DNA from: an uncultured Acidimicrobiales bacterium
GTDB lineage: Bacteria; Actinomycetota; Acidimicrobiia; Acidimicrobiales; SZUA-35
NCBI GenBank assembly: GCA_963698395.1
Contig: CAVOQQ010000001.1
Coordinates: 900,754-964,753, forward strand
Length of the DNA: 64,000 bases
Direction: 5' to 3'
The first letter of the stretch is position 1. The number at the start of each line of letters is the position of its first letter. Positions 55,662-64,000 of the stretch are shown in pieces. The position numbers and the translations under genes were made by a program. Below the pieces are notes generated by a model. The model ran no database searches, had not been told where the DNA came from, and saw only the letters and a program-made list of their open reading frames with translations.

Positions 55662-56462
55662 ATGACGAACGACACATCTGCTCAAGCCGTCCATCTCGAT
55701 GGGGCACCGCTCGATTGGCCGTCCTTGGTCGATGATCTCAACCGCCTGCTCCGTCTGCGCACCACCCCGATCGGGATGAAGATGTTCGCAACGGTGGAGG
55801 AGATGGAGGCCGTCGAGAAGATCCGACGTCCGAAGACCATCCACACCACCGATCAGATCGTCGGCATGGCGGCCCGGCTGAACTGGACCGTCGGGATCAC
55901 CAACGATGACCTCGTCGGTGCCCAGTGTGGGGCCGTGATCGGTCTGCACCCCAGAGACGAGGATTGGCTCTCCGGCGACAAGATGGCAGGTGTGTGGTTC
56001 GAGACGATCGAGGACTCATCGATCCACCAGCACGCCATGCACACGGTGCCGTTCGGCACGTATCAGGCCATGGCGGTGGCACCGCTGGTGACGGGCCGGC
56101 TCAATCCTCCAGACATTGCACTCATCTACGCCACGCCGGCGCAGATGATCCTGCTCATCAACGGGCTCCAGTGGTCGGGCTACAAGAACTTCGAGTGGGG
56201 CTGCGTCGGTGAGTCGTCGTGTAGCGATTCCTGGGGTCGAGCCCTCGCCACCGGCGAGCCGAGCGTGTCGATTCCGTGCTTCGCCGAGCGACGCTACGGC
56301 GGTGTGCAAGACGACGAGCTCTTGATGGCGACACCCCCCTCGTTCCTCCCCAAGGCGATCGCCGGGCTCGAGGCACTGTCACGCAACGGTCTGCGGTATC
56401 CGATCCCGAGCTATGGCGTGCAGATCGATGCCCGTGCCGGGCTCGGCGCCTCCTATGGCTGA
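55662..56462 (+). CDS. DUF169 domain protein
   Basis: LRLRTTPIGMKMF...GAQCGAVIGL...GESSCSDSWG resembles DUF169 (COG2043). ATG 55662 is preferred over 55617. Confidence 0.65.
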   Translation: MTNDTSAQAVHLDGAPLDWPSLVDDLNRLLRLRTTPIGMKMFATVEEMEAVEKIRRPKTIHTTDQIVGMAARLNWTVGITNDDLVGAQCGAVIGLHPRDEDWLSGDKMAGVWFETIEDSSIHQHAMHTVPFGTYQAMAVAPLVTGRLNPPDIALIYATPAQMILLINGLQWSGYKNFEWGCVGESSCSDSWGRALATGEPSVSIPCFAERRYGGVQDDELLMATPPSFLPKAIAGLEALSRNGLRYPIPSYGVQIDARAGLGASYG

Positions 56463-57294
56463 TCGACAATTGGAAGGAAGCGTCGCCGTCATCACCGGTG
56501 GAGCCTCCGGCATCGGTGCGGGCACCGCCCGCCGCTTCGTTGCCGAAGGGGCGTCGGTGCTGATCGCCGACCTCAACGAGGAAGCAGGCCATGCGCTGGC
56601 GAGCGAGCTCGGCGACGCCGCCGCATTCTTGCGAACCAACGTTGCGGTCGAAGCCGACATGGCGGCCACGGTCTCCGAGGCACTCGATGTCTTCGGTCGG
56701 CTCGACACCTATGTGAACAACGCCGGTTTCGGTGGAGCGCTCGGTCCGATCGCCGAGACCAGCGTCGAAGACTTCGACCTCACCTTCGACGTGTTGCTCA
56801 AGTCGGTCTTCCTCGGGATCAAGTTCGCTTCGCCGGTGCTGTGCGCCCAGGGGAGTGGGGCGATCATCAACACGGCCTCGGTGGCCGGGCTGCGGGCCGG
56901 CTTCTCGCCGCACCTCTATACCGCAGCCAAGACGGCCGTCATCGCCCTCACCGAGACCGTTGCGCTCGAGTTGGCCGAGTCGAATGTGCGATGCAATGCC
57001 GTTGCGCCCGGGTTGATCATCACCCCGTTGTTCTACGGACGGCCCGACGCCACCGAGGAGCAGCTGGCGAAACTGCGAGAGGCATCGGCCGGCGGCCAGC
57101 CGATGCCCCGGCCCGGTGAGCCGAAAGACATCGCCGCCATGATCGCGTTCCTCGCTTCCGCCGATGCCGAGTGGATCACCGGTCAGACCATGGTGGTCGA
57201 CGGCGGGATCTCGACCGGACCGTCCTGGTCCGACTTCCCCGAAGCGTTCCGCAAGCACCGCCCGATCCGGCACCACCGCCCGCCCGGTCGTTAG
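56455..57294 (+). CDS. SDR-family oxidoreductase
   Basis: TGGASGIGAG, NNAGFGG and YTAAK. The start overlaps the DUF169 gene's 3' end by 8 nt (ATG 56455; upstream stop TGA 56460-56462). Confidence 0.88.
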   Translation: MADRQLEGSVAVITGGASGIGAGTARRFVAEGASVLIADLNEEAGHALASELGDAAAFLRTNVAVEADMAATVSEALDVFGRLDTYVNNAGFGGALGPIAETSVEDFDLTFDVLLKSVFLGIKFASPVLCAQGSGAIINTASVAGLRAGFSPHLYTAAKTAVIALTETVALELAESNVRCNAVAPGLIITPLFYGRPDATEEQLAKLREASAGGQPMPRPGEPKDIAAMIAFLASADAEWITGQTMVVDGGISTGPSWSDFPEAFRKHRPIRHHRPPGR

Positions 57295-57331
57295 CCGGAC
57301 CCCGGTCGCTTCTGCCTGCCACCATGGGGCG

Positions 57332-57601
57332 ATGGAGACACTGAGTGGTAGCCCGTTCGCTTCGTTGATCGGACCGATCGGGCCGGCGCGTCCCGGCGAC
57401 CGCCTTCGAGCCGAGGTGGACGTGGAGCACAGCGCCAGCGCCCTGGTGTTCGCTTCCTGCAAGATCTCGACCGATGACCGACCGGTGGCGATCGCCTCCG
57501 TGGTCTTCTCTGCCCGCTCCTCGTCGCTCCGGCCGACATCGCTACCAGAGGCGTCCGCGGACGCGTCTGGTTTACTTTCGATAGCGGAACAAGTGTTCTG
57601 A
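57332..57601 (+). pseudogene. Possible remnant of a hotdog-fold (PaaI-like) thioesterase
   Basis: SPFASLIG, then directly GDRLRAEVDVEHSASALVFASCKISTDDRPVAIASVVFSA. The central HGG-containing part appears to be missing. The ORF tail runs through a terminator-like hairpin. Confidence 0.3.
57545..57580 (+). terminator. Candidate intrinsic terminator: 13-bp imperfect palindrome ccagaggcgtccg/cggacgcgtctgg followed by tttactttc
   Basis: Hand-folded. One mismatch in the stem. A T-rich tract follows immediately. Confidence 0.5.
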
Positions 57602-57692
57602 GAATGTCACACCCCCTGAGTAGGCTGGTCGAGCGGAGCTCGACCCCACCATCAACCACGGGTCGGGCAGAACGAAAGGGCGGGGACCCCCG

Positions 57693-58673
57693 ATGATGAT
57701 GACGGCAACACCATTGAAAGACCGTTTGCGTGACACGGCGAAGATCTGGGCACGGAGCCAACACGAACTCGTGACGTTGGCGGCCGAGTTCGCCGACTCG
57801 GGCGAGTGGCTGCTGGACAGGTCGACGACCGCTGCCGGCTGGCTCGCCGACGTCGCCCAGGTCGAGGCATCGACCGCACGAGAATGGATACGGATCGGGC
57901 GCTGTCTTCGCACCCTCCCCGCGTCCGCGGACGCGTTCGAGAACGGAGAGCTCTCCTATTCGAAGGTCCGCACACTGACCCGAGTCGCAACAGCCGAGAA
58001 CGAAGCCGAACTCGTCGAACTGGCCAGGACGGTCAGCGCGTCCGATCTCGGGCGAGCGATCGCCGCGTGGCTCCAACGCAACGGCGAGCCGGAGGCGATC
58101 GAGCACGATCAGCAGGCCCGACGGGCGATCAGGTGGCGTAACGATCCTGACGGGATGCTGAGCTTCACCGTGCGAGTCCCGCCACTGTTGGGCGGGGTCT
58201 TCGTCGCAGCGTTGACGGCTCGGGTGATGAAGTCGGCGCCACGCAAGCAAGCCGATGGGACGTGGCCGACGTTGGCTCAGCAGTACGCCGACGCATTCGA
58301 AGCGATCCTGAGCGACGGGGCTGGGTCGGTGCGGTCGGAGATCGTGATCCATGTGCGTGGTGATGGTGCGGCGATGGATGACGGCACCCCCATTCCACTG
58401 AGCGTGATCGAACGGATCGCGCCGGGGTCGACGCTACGAGCGATGATCCACGATGCGGAGGGCAAGCCGATCAACGTGTCGGGTCGTCACCGCTATCCGA
58501 CCGAACGGCAGAAGCGGGTGGTGAAAGAACGTGATCGTGGCTGTGTCGACTGCGGAAGCACCCAACTCACCACCTTCGACCACAAACCCGACTACGCGGT
58601 CACGAAGCGAACCATCGTCGATGAGGTCGAACTCCGGTGCGCCCCCTGCCATTGGCAACGACACCGCAACTGA
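57693..58673 (+). CDS. DUF222 + HNH endonuclease domain protein (REP13E12-like)
   Basis: N-terminal DUF222-type region (AEFADSGEW...GELSYSKVRTLTRVA). C-terminal HNH zinc-finger region CVDCGSTQLTTFDHKPDY...RCAPCHWQRH. Confidence 0.8.
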   Translation: MMMTATPLKDRLRDTAKIWARSQHELVTLAAEFADSGEWLLDRSTTAAGWLADVAQVEASTAREWIRIGRCLRTLPASADAFENGELSYSKVRTLTRVATAENEAELVELARTVSASDLGRAIAAWLQRNGEPEAIEHDQQARRAIRWRNDPDGMLSFTVRVPPLLGGVFVAALTARVMKSAPRKQADGTWPTLAQQYADAFEAILSDGAGSVRSEIVIHVRGDGAAMDDGTPIPLSVIERIAPGSTLRAMIHDAEGKPINVSGRHRYPTERQKRVVKERDRGCVDCGSTQLTTFDHKPDYAVTKRTIVDEVELRCAPCHWQRHRN

Positions 58674-59018
58674 GTCGCACGCGGCGGAAGGTCCTCAGCT
58701 ATCGCAGTCGATCGTGTGGTCGGCGAAGGCGTCGGCCACCTTGGCACTGCGACTGATCGACGGCGGGCCATCGGCGAAGTGGTAGTGGATCTCGGCTGGT
58801 CCCGGCGTTCCAAGGCTTCGCCGGCACGAGTCTGGACGGTTGGTCTGATCTTCTCGTCGTCGTCGCCTGGGTTGCCGCACTGTGGTGGTGGGCGAAGAAC
58901 AAGCGACTCGGCTTCGATTGGCTCCTCGAAGTAGCGGAGGCAGACGAAGCCACCCAGCCACTCGAGCCGAGCGGCTAGGCCCTCGAACGAAACTGCACCA
59001 GCTGACACGGCTGGATCG

Positions 59019-59876
59019 TCAGCCGAGCCAGGCGCCAGGAGGGTTGGTTCCCTTGAGCACGGCGTCGTAGCGACCCTTCAGGGAGGCCACCGCGTCATCG
59101 TGGGTGAAGATCCAGAACCTCTCGTCGAGGATCGCCTGCACCACGAGGTCGGCAACGCCCTCGGGTGGGAGACCCGAAGCCAGGGCGTCGAGCACGAATT
59201 GGTGTCGGGCCTCGGCATCGGGGTCGGGCTCGGCAAGCGCGTTGGGTGCGGCCCACTCCGGTCGGTTGCGAGCGGACTGGCCGATGTCGGTGTTGATCCA
59301 ACCGGGGCAGAGGCACGAGACCCCGAGTGACGAGCCGCTGGCCGAAAGGGAGTTGTAGAGCCCCTCGGTGATCCCGACCACGGCCCACTTCGAGGCCGAG
59401 TAGGCGCTGTGGCCGGGAAAGTGACCGGCCATCGAGGCGGTGTTGATCACGTGCCCGTCGCCGTGTTCGAGCATGTGGGGCAGGAAGGCCTCGTGGCCGT
59501 GGACCACGCCCCAGAAGTTGACGCCCATGACCCAGGTCCAGTCGGGCAGATCGACGGTGCCCGGCGCGGCCGACAGGCTGCCACCGCCGACGCCGGCGTT
59601 GTTGCACAGCACGTTGACCTTGCCGAAGGTGTCGATGGCTTCGGCGGCGAGGGCACGGACCTCGTCGGCGACGGCAACATCGGTGACCACGCCGATCGCC
59701 TTGGCGCCATCGATCGCGGCGGCGCTGACGTCGGCGACCGCCTCGTCGAGGCGGGGAGCCTCGATATCGGACAGGACGACGTTCATGCCCTCCTGAGCGA
59801 AGCGAAGTGCGAAGGCCTTGCCCATGCCGCTCGCTGCTCCGGTGACGACGGCTGTTTTCCCCTCGAGTTTCTGCAT
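59019..59876 (-). CDS. SDR-family oxidoreductase
   Basis: TGAASGMGKA, CNNAGVGG and YSASK. Confidence 0.88.
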   Translation of the reverse strand: MQKLEGKTAVVTGAASGMGKAFALRFAQEGMNVVLSDIEAPRLDEAVADVSAAAIDGAKAIGVVTDVAVADEVRALAAEAIDTFGKVNVLCNNAGVGGGSLSAAPGTVDLPDWTWVMGVNFWGVVHGHEAFLPHMLEHGDGHVINTASMAGHFPGHSAYSASKWAVVGITEGLYNSLSASGSSLGVSCLCPGWINTDIGQSARNRPEWAAPNALAEPDPDAEARHQFVLDALASGLPPEGVADLVVQAILDERFWIFTHDDAVASLKGRYDAVLKGTNPPGAWLG

Positions 59877-59885
59877 GGGCAGAAC

Positions 59886-60527
59886 CTAGGCGACGGGTGC
59901 GTCGACGCTCCAGACGATCATCGACGCCTTGTTGTCGATGGCGGGGTCGGCGAAGTAGTTCTGGATGACACCGACCACCTCGAAGCCGTTCTTCAGCTGG
60001 AAGGTGAGCGTGGCGTCGGATCGGCGCCCCGCGACTACATCGGCTACGTACTCTTCGGCGGTCATCTCGTGCTTGACGTCGGCAAACCCGGGCAGGTGAC
60101 CACCGGCGATGATCCCCTTCTTTCCCAAGGAGCGAACGACGTCTTTGCGGAGGTCGTAGAGACGGCGTCCGATCCCGTGCCCTCGGTAGTCGGGCAGCAC
60201 GGTGATGTCGGTGCCGTAGTACCAGTCACCGTCGGGGTCGTGATTGCCGCACTGGTGCTCACCGGCCACCTCCCAGATGGTGTGTTCGATGTGATCGAAA
60301 TCGAAGTGGACGAGGATGCCGGCACCGACGCCGACCACGTTGGGCCCGCGGGGGGCCTCGTCGTCGATCACCACGAACACCCCCTCGGGGAACACGTCGA
60401 GGTAGGCGTGGAAGTCTTCTGCCGAGAGCAGATCACCCGGCTCGGCGGTGGGGAACGCCACCTGTTCGCAGTGCGCCGCTCCGTCGACCCATTCGGGCGT
60501 CAGGTTCAGGTACCGAAGCGATACCAC
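59886..60527 (-). CDS. GNAT-family N-acetyltransferase
   Basis: VLPDYRGHGIGRRLY (acetyl-CoA loop). GTG 60527 lies 5 nt after the upstream stop. The track start 60596 would overlap the upstream gene. Confidence 0.75.
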   Translation of the reverse strand: MVSLRYLNLTPEWVDGAAHCEQVAFPTAEPGDLLSAEDFHAYLDVFPEGVFVVIDDEAPRGPNVVGVGAGILVHFDFDHIEHTIWEVAGEHQCGNHDPDGDWYYGTDITVLPDYRGHGIGRRLYDLRKDVVRSLGKKGIIAGGHLPGFADVKHEMTAEEYVADVVAGRRSDATLTFQLKNGFEVVGVIQNYFADPAIDNKASMIVWSVDAPVA

Positions 60528-60532
60528 GGGGT

Positions 60533-61621
60533 TCAGGCGCCGACGGTGGCGAGCGAGAACCGCTGGTACGGATTCTCCGATGGCAGTCCCCAACACGCCC
60601 AGAAGTCACCGGTGGCCGGACGCATGATGGCGGCGCCGCAGGTCTCGACGTGGAACGGCGGGCCGCCGCGGTAGGAGATGGTGGGGTGCTGGGTGAGCGC
60701 CTCGAGGCGCTCGAAGTCGATCACTCCCTCGGTCAGGCTGTCGAGCGCAGTGCTGAGGCGAACCTCGGAGGACTCCTGGAGTTGGGTCGGCTTGTCTTGG
60801 CTGACGGCGAGCGTCTCGGGTGCAAGACAGTGATTGGTATGGCCGATCACCTCGGTGTCGAGTTGCACGACGTTGGTGGCCGTACTGAAGGCCTCGACGT
60901 TGTAGCCGTTGCCCAACGAGTCGAACAGGAGGTAGTTGTGGGCGCCGGCCAGGTCGGCGTCGGTGATGCAGGCGAGCGCGGCGTCGATGGTGGTCTGCTG
61001 GAGAGCCTTGCGGACCACGAAGGGCCAGGTGACGCCGATCTTGCCGTCGCCTCCGGGCAGGTTGTTGATGCCGATGGCGATGCCGGCGTCGTTCATGCCG
61101 ATCTGGCCGACACAGCCGGTGGTGGTGAGCAGCAACGACCGGGGCTCGTTCTCACCGGCGACGTCGAGGAGGATCACGTGATCGGTTGCGGTGTCGTGCA
61201 TGTCCCAGGTCTGGGCGAGGAAGCCCGACGCGTCGCTCCGGCTGTCGGGGATGATGACGGCGGTGCAGTCGTCTTCGGCGATGGCGTCGTGGTGGTAGGT
61301 GGCGTACACGGTGTCGACGAAGTCGGTGAAGCCGTTGACGATCAGCATCTCGGCGAGCGAGGTGTCGGTGGCTTCGGCGATGCCCGCCATCTCCTCGACC
61401 AGGTCGGGCGCATAGCGACGATGCGGCTCGAGGCAGGCTTCGGCCAACTCGATCACGGCCGGGCGTTCCAACGGGTGGTGGCTCCAGGCGCCGGCGCAGA
61501 CCAGGTCGACTCGATCCACGGCGTAGGCCCGAATCTCGTCTCGGTAGGCGGTGCCGTGGGCGATGCCACGATCTCGTGGGGATCCGTTGACGGTGACGAC
61601 TCGCATGGGGCCTCGTGACAT
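60533..61621 (-). CDS. C45-family peptidase / acyl-CoA:6-aminopenicillanic-acid acyltransferase-like Ntn hydrolase
   Basis: Nucleophile context DDCTAVII, FLAQTWDM, GMNDAGIAIGINNL and AHNYLLFD. Possible starts are 61606, 61621 and 61657. The rest of track ORF 60533..62800 is antisense to cheB. Confidence 0.75.
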   Translation of the reverse strand: MSRGPMRVVTVNGSPRDRGIAHGTAYRDEIRAYAVDRVDLVCAGAWSHHPLERPAVIELAEACLEPHRRYAPDLVEEMAGIAEATDTSLAEMLIVNGFTDFVDTVYATYHHDAIAEDDCTAVIIPDSRSDASGFLAQTWDMHDTATDHVILLDVAGENEPRSLLLTTTGCVGQIGMNDAGIAIGINNLPGGDGKIGVTWPFVVRKALQQTTIDAALACITDADLAGAHNYLLFDSLGNGYNVEAFSTATNVVQLDTEVIGHTNHCLAPETLAVSQDKPTQLQESSEVRLSTALDSLTEGVIDFERLEALTQHPTISYRGGPPFHVETCGAAIMRPATGDFWACWGLPSENPYQRFSLATVGA

Positions 61622-61711
61622 GGAGGAAAGCGTAGCTGAGGGCGGTGCGCTGCTCATAGTGATCTGACCCAAGTCGAAGCTGATCTGCATGCCGTCCGAG
61701 AATGGACCCGA

Positions 61712-62938
61712 GTGAGCACCGGCGCCACCAGCGCAGTGATCATCGGGCTTTCGAAATCGATTGACCGCCAACAGGCGCACGACCTCGTCGAGGTGCGCGC
61801 CGGTTGGACCCTGGTCGCGGCACTTGCGTCTGGCCGGGCCATGAGCGAGAAGGTCGACAGGGCGGACCTGTTGATCTTCGAGGACACGCTCGGTCACGCC
61901 GACGTGGTGATGCAAGCCGTCGCAGCCCTCGGCAATCCACCGACGATCGCCATCCTCTCCCGACGGTCGCCGGTCGCCGTTGCCCGCGACCTCGGTTGTG
62001 CTCCGCAAGAGGTCGTCGCCCTCTCGCCCGGGGTTTCTCTGCATGCCGCGATGCTGCGTGTACTGGCTGCGTTCGAAGCCCGGAGTCCGACACCGTCGCC
62101 GAGCTCGACTCCTGCCGCGCCACGCGAGCAGAGCGGCTCCTTCCGCGCCGTCTCGAGCCCGGTCGCGTCGAGTGACGCGTCGGCGATGGCTCCCGCTCGT
62201 CGTCGGGACGACCTGCCGATACGGGATGAGGCCGCCGCGACGCCCAAACGGGATCTCTTGGTGATCGGTGCGTCGACCGGCGGACCCGATGCGCTCACTG
62301 ATCTGCTGGCTGCCATCCCTCGCGAGTTCCCGGCGCCGATTCTCATCACCCAGCACATGCCTCGAACGTTCACCGAGCTCCTGGCGGCCACCCTCGACCG
62401 GGCGACGCCGTTCACGGTGCGCGAAGCCAAGCATGGCGATGTCGCCACCGCCGGGTGTGTCTACATCGCCCCGGGTGGCAGTCACATGGTCATCACCGAC
62501 CGTCGCGGCACCATTGCGCTCAACGACGACCCTCCCGAGCACAACTGTCGGCCCTCGGTCGACGTCTTGTTCCGCAGCGCAGCGGCGACCTTCGGACGGT
62601 CCTGTGTCGCAGTGGTGCTGACCGGTAGGGGGTCCGACGGCGCCATCGGTGCCGCCCGCCTCGCCGACCTCGGGGCGCACGTGATCGCCCAGGACCGCGA
62701 GTCCAGTGTCGTGTGGGGCATGCCGAGAGCCGTTGCCCAACATGGCGCCGCCAACGAGATCCTGCCGCTGAAGGAGATCGCCGTCGCGGTCGGTCGACAA
62801 TTCGAGCGGACCGTCTCCTGCAGCCCCACCCCCGCCATGACGGCGCCCGCATCATCCACGTTCTCATCCACATCATCCCAGCCCAACGAAGCACTCGAAC
62901 GACTGCGGGTGACCCACAAGGAGCACTACCCATCATGA
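61712..62938 (+). CDS. cheB: CheB-like protein-glutamate methylesterase with degenerate N-terminal receiver domain
   Basis: Methylesterase triad contexts GASTGGP, ITQHMP and LTGRGSDG, plus QDRESSVVWGMP. The N-terminal domain lacks the DD acidic pair. Confidence 0.8.
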   Translation: MSTGATSAVIIGLSKSIDRQQAHDLVEVRAGWTLVAALASGRAMSEKVDRADLLIFEDTLGHADVVMQAVAALGNPPTIAILSRRSPVAVARDLGCAPQEVVALSPGVSLHAAMLRVLAAFEARSPTPSPSSTPAAPREQSGSFRAVSSPVASSDASAMAPARRRDDLPIRDEAAATPKRDLLVIGASTGGPDALTDLLAAIPREFPAPILITQHMPRTFTELLAATLDRATPFTVREAKHGDVATAGCVYIAPGGSHMVITDRRGTIALNDDPPEHNCRPSVDVLFRSAAATFGRSCVAVVLTGRGSDGAIGAARLADLGAHVIAQDRESSVVWGMPRAVAQHGAANEILPLKEIAVAVGRQFERTVSCSPTPAMTAPASSTFSSTSSQPNEALERLRVTHKEHYPS

Positions 62939-63294
62939 GTATTCTCGTGGTCGACGACAGTCCGATCATGCGCAAGTTGGTGATCAGGAGCATTCGCCAG
63001 GCCGGCTACGGCGACCATGACGTGGTCGAGGCCGAGGATGGCGCCGATGCGCTGACCAAGATCGAAGTCGACCGACCGACGGTCGTCCTGTCCGACTGGA
63101 ACATGCCGAACATGAACGGTCTCGAACTCATCAAGGCTCTGCGCGGTCGTGAGATCGAGGTGCCGTTCGGATTCATCACGTCGGAATCGACGACCGACCA
63201 GAAGGCCGCCGCCGTGTCGGCCGGCGCCGCCTTCTTGCTGGCGAAGCCGTTCACCGCCGACGAGCTCGGTGCCCAGCTGTCTCGCTTCCTGTAA
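62935..63294 (+). CDS. cheY: CheY-like single-domain response regulator
   Basis: ATGA overlap with cheB. ILVVDDSPIMRKL, LSDWNMPNMNG, ITSE and AKPF. Confidence 0.85.
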   Translation: MSILVVDDSPIMRKLVIRSIRQAGYGDHDVVEAEDGADALTKIEVDRPTVVLSDWNMPNMNGLELIKALRGREIEVPFGFITSESTTDQKAAAVSAGAAFLLAKPFTADELGAQLSRFL

Positions 63295-63329
63295 CGCTCG
63301 CTCGAGTGTGGGCCGACTAGCGTGCCCTG

Positions 63330-63947
63330 ATGCAGAACGCAGGAGTCGGCGCCGTGGTCTTCGACATGGGCGGCGTCCTCGTCGAACTCGGACCACTCAC
63401 GGAGATCCTCGGCGACGACCCGTTGCCCGTCGAGCAGTTCTGGTCCCGCTGGTTGGCGAGTCCCACGGTTCGCCACTTCGAGATGGGCCGATGCGGAGTC
63501 GACGCGTTCGGCGATGAACTGGTCGAGGAGATGGGGTTGTCGATTCCCGGCACCGAGCTGGTTGCTCGCTTCCGAGCGTGGCCCAAAGGGCTCTTCGACG
63601 GGGCCGCGGCGATGATGGCCGAACTGCGGAGCCAGGCGGCGGCACCCATCGTTGCGGTGTTGTCGAACACCAACGAGCTGCACTGGACCGAACAGGTCGA
63701 CAGCGGAGTCATCCCCGAGCTCTTCGATCGGCACTTCCTGTCGTACCGGCTCGGACTGGCCAAGCCCGATGCCGAGATCTTCCAGCACGTCATCGACGAC
63801 CTCGGCCTCCCTCCGGGCGAGATCATGTTCCTCGACGACAATCAACCGAATGTCGACGCTGCGCTCGCCCTCGGCATCGATGCCCATCTGACGCGCGGTG
63901 TCACCGAGGCGCGCGCTGCGCTGGTTGCCCGAGGCCTCCTGTTCTGA
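63330..63947 (+). CDS. HAD-superfamily (subfamily IA) hydrolase
   Basis: VVFDMGGVL (DxG motif I), LSNTN and FLDDNQPNV. Confidence 0.82.
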   Translation: MQNAGVGAVVFDMGGVLVELGPLTEILGDDPLPVEQFWSRWLASPTVRHFEMGRCGVDAFGDELVEEMGLSIPGTELVARFRAWPKGLFDGAAAMMAELRSQAAAPIVAVLSNTNELHWTEQVDSGVIPELFDRHFLSYRLGLAKPDAEIFQHVIDDLGLPPGEIMFLDDNQPNVDAALALGIDAHLTRGVTEARAALVARGLLF

Positions 63948-63953
63948 CGTCGG

Positions 63954-64000
63954 TCAGGGCAGCTCGATGACCGTGACCACGCCGGTGTTCCCGTCGACCT
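63954..64000 (-). CDS. 3' end of an unidentified gene (partial, runs off window)
   Basis: The minus-strand frame ...VDGNTGVVTVIELP* has G/C at every third codon position. Too short to name. Confidence 0.35.
   Translation of the reverse strand, partial: VDGNTGVVTVIELP

Noticed and set aside
57551-57936. 16-nt palindromic sequence gcgtccgcggacgcgt present twice (57551-57566 and 57921-57936) as possible element termini
   Set aside because: By rough estimate, several chance 16-mer repeats are expected in 64 kb of this base composition. The second copy lies inside the HNH coding region, not at an element boundary.
57693-58673. Insertion sequence / transposon
   Set aside because: No transposase or integrase is present, and no terminal inverted repeats or target duplications were found. 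There is only an HNH-DUF222 gene.
61658-62800. N-terminal about 380 aa of track ORF 60533..62800 (minus)
   Set aside because: It is antisense to cheB. The C45 peptidase homology starts near 61621.

Overview
GC-rich, actinobacterial-type chromosomal segment with strong third-position GC bias, so most long antisense or N-terminally extended ORFs in the track are spurious. I support about 60 genes. Nt 1-12.7k hold a tight DNA-end-processing cluster: HerA-like ATPase, SbcD, SbcC, then an AddB-like/AddA-like helicase-nuclease pair. The rest is mostly housekeeping, with gene order recalling M. tuberculosis Rv1003-Rv1020: rsmI, metG, tatD, rpf, rsmA/ksgA, ispE, tRNA-Gln, glmU-like, prs, rplY, pth, mfd. 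Two tiny actinobacterial ribosomal protein genes (bL37, bS22) are also present. Interspersed are small accessory patches: a degenerate GGDEF-EAL protein, a short P450-like gene, a GntR/DUF1648 pair, a PhnZ-like HD protein, a molybdopterin oxidoreductase, lipid-metabolism genes, an SBP/VWA lipoprotein cluster between pth and mfd, a DUF222-HNH islet, a C45-peptidase/GNAT/SDR operon and an orphan cheB-cheY pair. The least expected signals are: (1) herA coupled to sbcDC next to addBA-like genes; (2) four intergenic tandem-repeat arrays (units 17, 30, 37 and 23 bp), each starting on or within about 5 nt of the stop codon of a plus-strand gene, plus several in-frame coding minisatellites; (3) three, possibly four, reading-frame breaks, all at short homopolymer runs, which points to sequencing error at least as much as to pseudogenes; (4) a glmU homolog lacking the acetyltransferase core. 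No rRNA, CRISPR array, transposase or prophage was seen. No single compelling novel system can be demonstrated from sequence alone.
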